The notes under the pieces were generated by a model, which did not search any database, was not told the origin of the DNA, and was given only the letters and a program-made list of their open reading frames with translations. A stretch of 64,000 bases of DNA from an uncultured Atopostipes sp. (GTDB lineage Bacteria > Bacillota > Bacilli > Lactobacillales > Carnobacteriaceae_A), in contig CAJUOQ010000008.1 of the NCBI GenBank assembly GCA_910588235.1, positions 476 through 64,475 of the forward strand, given 5' to 3'. Numbering within the stretch: position 1 is the first letter of the stretch; every line of letters starts with the position of its first letter. The translations under genes were made by a program, and so were the position numbers. This document shows positions 52,309 through 60,883 of the stretch, piece after piece.

Positions 52309-52337
52309 ATTATATAGACCGTATGAGAAGAAGTCAA
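52309..52337 (-). promoter_or_regulatory. Near-consensus promoter for the leader / membrane protein / ilvE unit
   Basis: Minus strand: TTGACT, 17-nt spacer, TATAAT. Confidence 0.8.
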
Positions 52338-52429
52338 CTATATTCTCATTTTATTTTAATTAAACATGGTTAATACCGGAATAGGATTTCTTGTTTATAA
52401 CTAAATGAGAAAAAGATTAAAATTAAATG

Positions 52430-52458
52430 TTGACATACTCATTATCCGATGTTATTCT
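52430..52458 (+). promoter_or_regulatory. Divergent promoter for the Fe-ADH leader
   Basis: TTGACA, 17-nt spacer, TATTCT. Confidence 0.65.
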
Positions 52459-52491
52459 TTCATCAATTATTTTATAAAAAGGATGTAAAAA

Positions 52492-52545
52492 ATGAAAAGA
52501 CTATTCAGCCAAGCGATTATTATTCTTATTAAGAAGAGGATTTAG
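52492..52545 (+). CDS. Candidate leader peptide with an Ile-rich run (17 aa)
   Basis: Not in the track. ATG lies 8 nt after aagga. Translation is MKRLFSQAIIILIKKRI, and the stop is embedded in the first leader hairpin. Confidence 0.45.
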   Translation: MKRLFSQAIIILIKKRI

Positions 52546-52630
52546 ACACTGTATTTAATTTTACAGTTGTTTAAATCCTTTTCATGCTTGATTCGCTGAA
52601 TGGGATTTAAAGCCCCATTCAATTGAATGA
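52537..52630 (+). terminator. Attenuator: alternative hairpins ending in a strong intrinsic terminator
   Basis: aggattta/taaatcct (52537-52579). ttaaatcc can alternatively pair with ggatttaa (52593-52600). gaatggg/cccattc (52588-52610). The terminator aaagccccattcaa/ttgaatgagggcttt plus TTTTTT spans 52599-52630. Confidence 0.7.
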
Positions 52631-52734
52631 GGGCTTTTTTACTTCTTTTAAAGATCAAACTGAAAATCACAAACAACAAAGTCCAGTCTTAACTGAAGTT
52701 ACGGAACATTCATAAAAAGAAAGAAGGAATTATT

Positions 52735-53802
52735 ATGCGTTTAAGTCAAGTCGTTCGTCCAGGGCCGGGTCAATTTCTGAGTGAGGTCGGTGCCTTAAAA
52801 TATCTAGATGAGAAGTTAGCTGCCTTTGATCAACCCGTATTGATTACGGGTGAGTTATCTTTTGCGGCATTTCAAAAACATTATCCAGGTTCGTTGGAAT
52901 TACCTGTTTTTCATTATGATGGAACAGCTTCACATGAGGATATGGAGCGACTCTCTAAACAAGTCAAAGGCACAGATTGTATTATCGGTGTCGGGGGAGG
53001 GCGAGTCTTAGATACGGCAAAAGGGACTGCCGACTTATTAAATGTGGAACATATTACGATTCCTACAGTACTAGGCACTTGTGCAGCTTATACTCCTTTA
53101 TCAGCTGTTTATCATTCCGATCATACATTTAACGAAGTGGACTATTATGAAAAAGCCCCTTTACTTTGCCTGATGGATTTAGACTTATTGGTAGCGTCTC
53201 CGAAGAAATATTTTATGGGTGGCATCGGAGACACGCTAGCAAAATGGTATGAAGCCGAAGGGATCACGCGCCATTTGGAAGGAGAACTTCCGGCAATGGT
53301 CCAAGTGGGTTTAAATACAGCGAGAGTGACGCAACAATTACTCTTAGCAGATAGTCAGGAAGCGTTAGCAAGCATGGAACGAAAAGAAGTGACCACAGCT
53401 TTCAAAAGAGTTGCGGAAGCTGTGGTTGCGATTGCTGGAACGGTGGGTGGTTTTGCCGGTGAATACGGGCGAATGGCAGGTGCTCACGCCATCCATAACG
53501 GTATGTCGCTCGTCTCTGAGACCCACGCTTATGAACATGGCATTAAAGTTTCTTACGGTGTGTTGGTCCAATTACTGGCCACGGGAGATCGAGAAGAAGT
53601 GGAACGATTACTGCCTTTTTATAAAGAAAATCATTTTCCTCATCGCTTAGCTGATTTTGGAATAGTGGATGATCTTCAAGAAAAAGCTCAACAGATTGCT
53701 GCTTTTGCTGCTGCAGACGATGAAACATTCAACTTGGTCGTTCCAAATATATCACCAGCTGTCGTTTATCATTCGATGGAGGAATTAGAACGACTGTCTT
53801 AA
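52735..53802 (+). CDS. Iron-containing (group III) alcohol dehydrogenase family protein, glycerol-dehydrogenase-like
   Basis: 355 aa with the motif GVGGGRVLDTAKG and a His cluster ..GAHAIHNGMS..THAYEHG.. Confidence 0.85.
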   Translation: MRLSQVVRPGPGQFLSEVGALKYLDEKLAAFDQPVLITGELSFAAFQKHYPGSLELPVFHYDGTASHEDMERLSKQVKGTDCIIGVGGGRVLDTAKGTADLLNVEHITIPTVLGTCAAYTPLSAVYHSDHTFNEVDYYEKAPLLCLMDLDLLVASPKKYFMGGIGDTLAKWYEAEGITRHLEGELPAMVQVGLNTARVTQQLLLADSQEALASMERKEVTTAFKRVAEAVVAIAGTVGGFAGEYGRMAGAHAIHNGMSLVSETHAYEHGIKVSYGVLVQLLATGDREEVERLLPFYKENHFPHRLADFGIVDDLQEKAQQIAAFAAADDETFNLVVPNISPAVVYHSMEELERLS

Positions 53803-53828
53803 AATATCTATTCTCGGACCCTTTAATC

Positions 53829-53870
53829 AAACCCATGTAGAGTAATTTTTCTTTTGCATGGGTTTATTTT
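53829..53870 (+). terminator. Intrinsic terminator after the Fe-ADH gene
   Basis: Stem aaacccatg / catgggttt with a 20-nt loop and a T-rich tail. Confidence 0.65.
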
Positions 53871-53937
53871 ATGCTTTTCAAGGAAAGAATGAAGCGGATG
53901 TAAAAAATAACTTTTAATGATAAAAAAGCTGGTTTCT

Positions 53938-53966
53938 TTGCTAATATATCTCGATTTCGTTATAAT
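53938..53966 (+). promoter_or_regulatory. Promoter for the GST-like / DsbA-like pair
   Basis: TTGCTA, 17-nt spacer, TATAAT. Confidence 0.7.
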
Positions 53967-53996
53967 TGTTAAGCAAAAATTGGAAGGAGTTTTCTA

Positions 53997-54881
53997 ATGA
54001 CCACTTATCATTCCCCTTATTCTTTTGAAGAGTTACCGATCGAACCTCACCGTTACCGGTTAGTTCAGGCGCGAGCTTGTCCTTTTGCTCATCGAACAAC
54101 GATTGCTCGAGAGCTTCTTGGGTTAGACGAAGTCATTTCTTTGGCAACGGTTGATTCTGTTCATTCCCCAGAGGAGGGCTGGCTCTTTCGTTTAGATGAA
54201 AATAACGAAGATCCTGTTTTAAAAGTTAAAGATGTGAAGTCTCTTTATTTAAATACGGACGCCACTTATGAAGGGCCTTATACGGTTCCGGCACTCGTAG
54301 ACACTGATTCCAAGAAGGTTGTAATGAGTGAATCTCTCGATCTTTTACGATTATTTTCAACTCGCTTTCAACCGCTTCATCAAAAAACAGCGATTGACTT
54401 ATATCCAAAACACTTAGCGGAAGAGATTGACACCTGGAATCAAGCGATCTCTGATCAGCTATTAATCATGTCTTATAAAATTGGCTATGCCGAAGAACAA
54501 GCAGACTACGAAAAGTATGTGCAGTTATATTTTGATTTTTTAGATCAAATTGAAGAAAAATTAGCAAAAAATCGTTATTTATTAGGCGAGCAATTAACAG
54601 AAAGCGATCTTGTTTTATATACCCCCCTTATTCGTTTAGAGGTGGCTTATAAATACATTTTCAGTATTTTGAAAAAGTCTATACGTACGGATTATCCAAA
54701 TATTATGAATTATATGCGTGAACTTTATCAAATACCCGCCTTTAGAAATTCTACTGACTTTGAAGCGATCAAAGCAGGTTATTACACGGGAACGCTGGGA
54801 CAACGATCTTTCAAGCGCGAAATCGTCCCTGTTGGTCCTGATATGAGTTGGTTAAACGAACTGCACCATAGAGATAAATAA
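53997..54881 (+). CDS. Xi-class glutathione transferase / glutathionyl-hydroquinone reductase-like (YqjG/ECM4 family)
   Basis: 294 aa. The N-terminal motif ..RACPFAHRTTIAREL.. matches the CP(W/F)AHR active-site signature of this family, and there is a C-terminal helical GST domain. Confidence 0.75.
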   Translation: MTTYHSPYSFEELPIEPHRYRLVQARACPFAHRTTIARELLGLDEVISLATVDSVHSPEEGWLFRLDENNEDPVLKVKDVKSLYLNTDATYEGPYTVPALVDTDSKKVVMSESLDLLRLFSTRFQPLHQKTAIDLYPKHLAEEIDTWNQAISDQLLIMSYKIGYAEEQADYEKYVQLYFDFLDQIEEKLAKNRYLLGEQLTESDLVLYTPLIRLEVAYKYIFSILKKSIRTDYPNIMNYMRELYQIPAFRNSTDFEAIKAGYYTGTLGQRSFKREIVPVGPDMSWLNELHHRDK

Positions 54882-54898
54882 ATTTTAGGAGAATGTCC

Positions 54899-55606
54899 AT
54901 GCAAGTCGAATTTTTTCATGATGTTATTTGTAGTTTTTGTTTTCCCATGTCTTACCGAATGCGTAAAGTCGCCGAAAAATATCCTCGGCTCGAGATTAAG
55001 CACCGCTCTTTCGCTTTAGGCTGGGAAAAAGAGCAATTTATTCAAATGTTTGGTTCCCATGAAGCAGTAAAACCAGGGGTAATGAGTCACTGGGAACATG
55101 CTAATCAAAATGATGATGAACATCGTTTTAATATTGAAGGAATGAAAGAGGAAGATTTTTTATTCCCGACGTCAAAAAATGGTTTAATTGCAGCTAAAGC
55201 TGCTGGAAGAGTAGCGGGAGAGGCTGGCTACTGGGATGTTTTTGATGGTATTCAAGACGCTTTATTTGTCCAAAATAAAGATATTTCTCAGCAAACGGTC
55301 CTCGAAGAAGTTGTAGAGAAGACAACAGTTGATACAGCAGCATGGCGAAACCAGTATGAGGATCCAGCAACTGAACAAGCGGTTCTCGAAGACTTACAGC
55401 GCGTGCAAAGTTATGGTATCCAAGGCGCGCCTGCTTTAGTTATCGAACAAAAATACCTGATCAGTGGGGCTCAACCGCAAGAAATTATCGAAAAAACGAT
55501 CGAAGAAATAGCTGAAAAGGAAGGGTTTCAACTGCAAGGTCTCCAATCATTAGGGAATGCTGGAGAAGCTTGTCGTTTTGAAGATGGTCAATGGATTTGT
55601 GATTAA
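54899..55606 (+). CDS. DsbA family oxidoreductase (FrnE-like, cytoplasmic)
   Basis: ATG 54899 lies 7 nt after aggag; the track start at 54893 abuts the SD. Active site ..HDVICSFCFP.. (CxxC). There is no signal peptide. Confidence 0.8.
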   Translation: MQVEFFHDVICSFCFPMSYRMRKVAEKYPRLEIKHRSFALGWEKEQFIQMFGSHEAVKPGVMSHWEHANQNDDEHRFNIEGMKEEDFLFPTSKNGLIAAKAAGRVAGEAGYWDVFDGIQDALFVQNKDISQQTVLEEVVEKTTVDTAAWRNQYEDPATEQAVLEDLQRVQSYGIQGAPALVIEQKYLISGAQPQEIIEKTIEEIAEKEGFQLQGLQSLGNAGEACRFEDGQWICD

Positions 55607-55636
55607 TAAGTAAAAAGGATGAATAAAATAAATGAA

Positions 55637-55670
55637 CCCCAGGAGCAGACAAACTCCTGGGGATCTTTTT
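55637..55670. terminator. Terminator between the convergent DsbA-like and 5'-nucleotidase genes
   Basis: 9-bp GC-rich stem ccccaggag / ctcctgggg followed by atcTTTTT. Confidence 0.85.
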
Positions 55671-55672
55671 GA

Positions 55673-57109
55673 TTAAATCAACTCAAAAGTGCCGAATAAC
55701 TGCGGATGATAAACATCTTGTGTTTTTAAGAAATTTTGCAAAGCTTCGATGGCATGGACCTCTAAATTCTTATGGTCTTTTCCGTATTTTTCAGGCACTC
55801 CTTGATGGGTGACATAACTGACAGCGTAGGTTTTATTCTTATCAATGCGTTCATCGCCAATCAATAATTTTTGGATGCGATGATTTTTAGGGTTTTCTGC
55901 TTTAAAAAACACTTTTAATCCAAGGGACCGTTTCACATAGCCACCCATTTGCTGATACGGATCAGCGGAATAGGTTCTCTCCAAATTTTCTTCAAGCATT
56001 TCGTAAATTTCGCGTCCCGTCATTTTAACAGTTGAGACGGGTGGATTTACGGGAATAATTTGATGCAACTGACGTAAAGTAATCGGACCCGCATCAATCG
56101 GAGCCCCATATCGCCATCCATTAGAAAAAGCGAGATCTGATTTTGTTTCCTGTTGGATAGCTTCTAAAAGAAAATTATCCATAGTGCTTTCTGTATTCCA
56201 CCCTCGATGAAGAATCCCGTCCGTGTAGCCAACAATTTCTTCTAGTTTCTCTTTAGAGGACGCCATTGTTTGCTCTACCTGTTCTTTCATTTGGGAATCT
56301 TCAGGGATATCTTCGGTTAGTCGGATCAAGGAATGATCCAATGCGTGAATTTTTTTATTCTCTATAGTGAGATCCAAACGACCGATAAAAGAACCTTGTG
56401 AACCCGACTGGATAATCGTTGTATCTCCAATTTGAACAGGTTCCGCGAGTCGATTATGGGTATGACCACTTAAGCAGATATCGACCCCTTCTATTTCTTT
56501 CATCATTTTTACATCTTGCGGAAAACCAAGATGAGATAAAACAACAATTAAATCGACATCTTGATCCTGTAGCTCTGTGATATATTGCGGAAGTTCTTCG
56601 TTTCCCAAAGTAAAATATACCCCTTCACTAAAATGAGCGGGCATTGTTTTATCAATAACCGTTGCCGCAATGCCAATGACGCCGATAGAAATTCCATCCT
56701 GTTTGAGAATTGTGTAAGGCTCGAAGTATAATTCGTCGGTGTCTTCTGCATAAGCGTTAATGGCTAAAATAGGGTATTTTAATTTTTTACCAATTGTTTC
56801 TTTTAAGTGAGCAGGGCCATAAGCAGTATCCCAATGAAAAGTCATGGCTTGAATCCCTAAAGTATTTACTAAAGGGATGAGATTGAGCCCTTTCGATTGG
56901 ACGGCTTCATAAGTTCCATGAAAAGTATCGCCATTATCCAGAATAAAAGTTGAACGTTCTTCGCGGAGATCATCAAAAATTGTCTGCATACGCGCAAACC
57001 CGCCTACCTTCTCCAGCGTGATACCTTCCTGATTATAAAAGTGGTCGAGATGAGGCGCGATATAGCCATGGGTGTCATTGATTTGAATCATTGATAATTC
57101 TTTTTTCAT
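55673..57109 (-). CDS. Bifunctional metallophosphatase / 5'-nucleotidase family protein (no signal peptide)
   Basis: 478 aa with calcineurin-like motifs NDTHG, GDTFHG and SGHTHN, followed by a 5'-nucleotidase C-terminal-type domain. Confidence 0.85.
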   Translation of the reverse strand: MKKELSMIQINDTHGYIAPHLDHFYNQEGITLEKVGGFARMQTIFDDLREERSTFILDNGDTFHGTYEAVQSKGLNLIPLVNTLGIQAMTFHWDTAYGPAHLKETIGKKLKYPILAINAYAEDTDELYFEPYTILKQDGISIGVIGIAATVIDKTMPAHFSEGVYFTLGNEELPQYITELQDQDVDLIVVLSHLGFPQDVKMMKEIEGVDICLSGHTHNRLAEPVQIGDTTIIQSGSQGSFIGRLDLTIENKKIHALDHSLIRLTEDIPEDSQMKEQVEQTMASSKEKLEEIVGYTDGILHRGWNTESTMDNFLLEAIQQETKSDLAFSNGWRYGAPIDAGPITLRQLHQIIPVNPPVSTVKMTGREIYEMLEENLERTYSADPYQQMGGYVKRSLGLKVFFKAENPKNHRIQKLLIGDERIDKNKTYAVSYVTHQGVPEKYGKDHKNLEVHAIEALQNFLKTQDVYHPQLFGTFELI

Positions 57110-57304
57110 CGGTCTAGCTCCTTCTTATTTGATCGTCATAAGTCAAGTCATTTAAGGAGTAAAAGCTCTTACTCGTCATCCGTTTAGCTCAACTATAGCA
57201 CGAGGAATGTATTTTCAAAAGTATTCAGTTTATCTCTGTTGATGTCGTTGACAAAAGCGATTTCTTTGTTAAATTAGAGGATATATAGAAGGAAGCGGGA
57301 GATA

Positions 57305-57502
57305 ATGCGAAAGCTTCACCATGTTTTATATCAATTACCAACGAAAATAAAGATAGCGCCTATTTATTTTTTGCTTTATTATTTTTTGTTTAGTATTTTT
57401 TCAGGGGATCAATCAACGGGTCAAAAAATAGCTGTTGTTATAATCAGTGTTCTATGTATTTTGATCGCTAATGGTATGTTTTATCCACCCAAATCAAAAT
57501 AA
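57305..57502 (+). CDS. Small hypothetical two-TM membrane protein
   Basis: 65-aa ORF with an SD-like gggaga. It has two hydrophobic segments and no recognisable family. Confidence 0.35.
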   Translation: MRKLHHVLYQLPTKIKIAPIYFLLYYFLFSIFSGDQSTGQKIAVVIISVLCILIANGMFYPPKSK

Positions 57503-57585
57503 TTAAAAGGCAGGGAGCAACGCTGACTTTTTGATATTTTAATCTGATGATTTTCTGAAAGAAGCAGTTCCAATTTTTAAAAATA

Positions 57586-57625
57586 GACTCACTCCTATAA
57601 ATGATGAGTGAGTCCATTTCTTTTC
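57586..57625. terminator. Hairpin terminator downstream of the NOX-like gene and the small ORF
   Basis: 9-bp stem gactcactc / gagtgagtc with an 11-nt loop and A/T-rich flanks. Confidence 0.65.
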
Positions 57626-57630
57626 TGAAT

Positions 57631-58974
57631 TTAAAAAGCAAATTCCTCGATAAAGGTTTGCTGATCCGTCACATTATTGTCAGTTAGTAAACCTTTAGCG
57701 GCTGCAAGCATCGGTGGTGGCCCACAGACATGCCAATTGGCCGTGTCGTAAAGCTCTTCAAGTCCTTCCTTTTGAATAAAATCATGATCGATAAAACCAA
57801 AAGGATAACCCGGAACTTCTTCACCACTAAATATCAAATGATAAGAGAAGTTAGGAAATGTTTCTGCAATTTCCTTTAGTTCATCTAAATGCATCAGATC
57901 ATCTTCAACATCAAGCCCCCAAACAAAAGCGATGCGACGATTGGAATTTACGGCAATTTCATGACGCAAAACACTTAAATTAGGAGTGACACCAATTCCA
58001 CCAGATAATAGGACCATCGGTGTTTCCGCTTTTTTCTCTTCTTCAGGATAGTAATTTCCATAAGGCCCTTCAATGGTCAGTCTGTCGTCTATTTCCACTT
58101 GATCTAAGTTATTCGTAAAGTCTCCGGATTCTTTGATCATCACTTCGACTACCTCGCGACTGTGTTCAGGTGCACTTGAGAGAGAAAAAGGATGGGCCTC
58201 ACTGGAGACGCTTGAATCAACAAAGCGAAAGAAAGCATATTGACCAGCTTCGTAATTGACCATTTCTCCATTTTCAGGTTTTAAATGAAATTTATAGATG
58301 GTTGGAGTTGGTTTTTCAATATGGACAATTTTATATTTAGGTAAACGCGCCAAATGAATTTTATAAATAAAATACCAACCAAGGGCGATCACTGTATAAG
58401 AAGTTGCTAAGCCTCTGAAAACAATATTATTCCGGATGTAAATAACATTATAAAGATGGAAATGAATAGCAATCACACTGACGATCGCTAAACGATGTAA
58501 CCATAGATGCCGATTACGTTTGAAATAAGTTTCCTTAAGCTTAAGGAGCTTATTCGACTTCTGAATAAATGTATCGGATAAGACAAAAATACCTGTGAAC
58601 ATGACAACGAACAAAGTGAGTAAGCCTACATATCCCCAGATCGATGTGTCTGAAATGTCTAACGATAAAATTCGCTCCCAGCCACTCCAACGAATCGTGA
58701 CATGGATCAACAAAGTAATCGGTAAAGCCATGGCCATCCACCCATGAACTTCATACATTTCCGTTAAACCTAATTCTTTTTCAATCATTTTAGGACGTAC
58801 AGCAATCAACACCAGGCTTAACATAATACAATAAGACAAAACACCGGTCGCAGTCGAAAAGAATACTTGGGCTGTACCCGGATTAAACTCCCGCAATAAG
58901 GCCCAAATTAAGGAACCAAACATAAGAACAGCGAGCATGGGGAAAAACCACTTCAATAAATTCTTCTTCATCAT
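57631..58974 (-). CDS. Ferric-reductase-domain flavocytochrome (bacterial NOX/FRE-like: 6-TM di-heme domain fused to an FNR-like FAD/NAD(P)H domain)
   Basis: 447 aa. His pairs are spaced 14 residues apart (HGWMAMALPITLLIH) and 13 apart (HRLAIVSVIAIHFH). The FAD motif is HPFS, the NAD(P)H motif is GGIGVTP, and a CGPPPM motif is present. Confidence 0.85.
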   Translation of the reverse strand: MMKKNLLKWFFPMLAVLMFGSLIWALLREFNPGTAQVFFSTATGVLSYCIMLSLVLIAVRPKMIEKELGLTEMYEVHGWMAMALPITLLIHVTIRWSGWERILSLDISDTSIWGYVGLLTLFVVMFTGIFVLSDTFIQKSNKLLKLKETYFKRNRHLWLHRLAIVSVIAIHFHLYNVIYIRNNIVFRGLATSYTVIALGWYFIYKIHLARLPKYKIVHIEKPTPTIYKFHLKPENGEMVNYEAGQYAFFRFVDSSVSSEAHPFSLSSAPEHSREVVEVMIKESGDFTNNLDQVEIDDRLTIEGPYGNYYPEEEKKAETPMVLLSGGIGVTPNLSVLRHEIAVNSNRRIAFVWGLDVEDDLMHLDELKEIAETFPNFSYHLIFSGEEVPGYPFGFIDHDFIQKEGLEELYDTANWHVCGPPPMLAAAKGLLTDNNVTDQQTFIEEFAF

Positions 58975-59355
58975 TCTACCTCACATTTTAGATTTAGCAT
59001 TTGCTATGCAAATCGAACTTATCGAAATCCATATTCAATTTCCCCCGATAAACCCAAAATATCGTGATGTAAACCATCGATTTTAATGATGAATGAGTTA
59101 CTACAATTTTTTTAAGTTGATCTTTTTATAATAAAAGATTGCATAACAATACTAGTTTACAAAGTGTAGTATCCATCTCATTCATTGTTTAAAACCTACC
59201 ACAATTATTTATTTTAATTCAATAATAAAGGCTTGAAAGGACACATATTTTAAACACTGGAAATGTAAAAGCATCCCTTCTTCTTAATGATCCGGTTGCA
59301 AGTAATAAACGGTGTGGTAAAATGAAAAAAATTTAGTAAATAGTGGTGATGAGAA

Positions 59356-59844
59356 ATGGAAATTAAATTAGCAACGCTTCAAGATATTCCTGCCTTGCAA
59401 GAACTTTTTAGGATAGGACGCCAAAGACAGCGTCAGAATGGAATTACCCAGTGGGCAGAGGGCTATCCTTCTGAGGAGTTAATCAGGGAAGATATCGAAA
59501 GAGAGGCTGCGTACATTTGTTTAACGGATGAAGGCGAACTAGTTGGAGCAATTTCAGTTTTTACTGCGCCAGATCCTACTTATTTTGAAATTGAAGGCGA
59601 ATGGTTAGATGATGAACCTTATGCCTCTGTCCATCGTATTGTAACTAATGGACAAGCAAAAGGTTTGGGGCAATATTTACTCAAATGGGTACAAGGGCAG
59701 TACGATAATATCCGGATCGATACGCATAAAGAAAATGAACCAATGAAGTACGTCTTAACGAAATTAGGTTTTGAATATTGTGGGGTAATTTATTTGGAAA
59801 ATAATGACGCAAGGAATGCTTATCACTATGTTGCTACGCGTTAA
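59356..59844 (+). CDS. GNAT family N-acetyltransferase
   Basis: 162 aa. An acetyl-CoA-binding-like motif ..NGQAKGLGQYLL.. sits in the usual position. Confidence 0.75.
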   Translation: MEIKLATLQDIPALQELFRIGRQRQRQNGITQWAEGYPSEELIREDIEREAAYICLTDEGELVGAISVFTAPDPTYFEIEGEWLDDEPYASVHRIVTNGQAKGLGQYLLKWVQGQYDNIRIDTHKENEPMKYVLTKLGFEYCGVIYLENNDARNAYHYVATR

Positions 59845-59939
59845 TAAGGTAAAATTTTGATAGAAGAAATCGATAAAGTCGCTTTGCTTACATAAACCTA
59901 ACACTCTTTTTTAATGAGTGTACCGAAAGGAAGAGCAAA

Positions 59940-60833
59940 ATGAAAAAAATTGTTCCGCATTTTTGGTTTGAGACAGATGCAAAAGAAGCGGTCGATTTCT
60001 ACATGTCCTTGTTTGAAGATTCAGAATTATTGGTTATACAAGAGCTCGAAGGAACACCATCGGGAGAAAATACGGTTGTTTATGAATTTAATCTGGCTGG
60101 TCAACATTTTGCAGCTCTTAATGGTGGACCTCTTTTTAAAATAAATCCTTCTATTTCAATGACTGTTCTTGGGGATAGTAAAGAAGAAATCCAAGAGCTT
60201 TGGGATCAACTAGTATCCGGTGGAAAAGCATTAATGCCGCTGCAAAAGTATGATTTTAGTGATTTTTATGGCTGGGTAGAGGATAAATATGGCTTAACTT
60301 GGCAACTTATTAGTGCTGAAGGAATGCCTTACGAACAAAAAATTATTCCGTCTTTAATGTTTTCTGGTACAGTCAATGGCAAGGCGCGCGAAGCGATGTC
60401 TTATTATACAGAACTGTTCCAAGATGGAGAAGTACTCGCCATTCATGAATATGAAGAGGGGCAGGTAAATACACCACAAGCCGAAATTGCACATGCTACT
60501 TTTAAAGTGATGGATATGGAGATGACCGTTGCTGATAATGGGGAAGAAACAGATTATACATTTAATGAGGCTGTTTCTTTAATGCTCATGTGCGTCACGC
60601 AAGCCGAGATTGATTATTATTGGGAAAAGTTATCAGCAGATCCAAAAGCAGAGCAGTATGGCTGGTTAAAGGATCCATTTGGTGTCTCTTGGCAAATCGT
60701 TCCTACTAATTTAACGGAATTGTTAAGTACAGGAACGCGTAAACAAATCAATGCTGTCATGGAAGAATTTTTAGAAATGAAGAAAATCAATATAGAAAAA
60801 CTAGAGCGCATTTGGGAAAGCGCTGGCGAATAA
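59940..60833 (+). CDS. VOC-superfamily protein with two tandem PhnB-like domains
   Basis: 297 aa. Both halves start ..I(V/I)P(H/S)..F and end with D(K/P)(Y/F)G(L/V)(T/S)WQ(L/I). Confidence 0.75.
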   Translation: MKKIVPHFWFETDAKEAVDFYMSLFEDSELLVIQELEGTPSGENTVVYEFNLAGQHFAALNGGPLFKINPSISMTVLGDSKEEIQELWDQLVSGGKALMPLQKYDFSDFYGWVEDKYGLTWQLISAEGMPYEQKIIPSLMFSGTVNGKAREAMSYYTELFQDGEVLAIHEYEEGQVNTPQAEIAHATFKVMDMEMTVADNGEETDYTFNEAVSLMLMCVTQAEIDYYWEKLSADPKAEQYGWLKDPFGVSWQIVPTNLTELLSTGTRKQINAVMEEFLEMKKINIEKLERIWESAGE

Positions 60834-60877
60834 AAAAAGAGACTTGTGAGAAAAATATCTCGCAAGTCTCTTTTTTA
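60832..60877. terminator. Bidirectional terminator between the VOC gene and the FMN reductase gene
   Basis: 13-bp stem agagacttgtgag / ctcgcaagtctct flanked by an A-run and a T-run. Confidence 0.85.
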
Positions 60878-60883
60878 TTGTGT

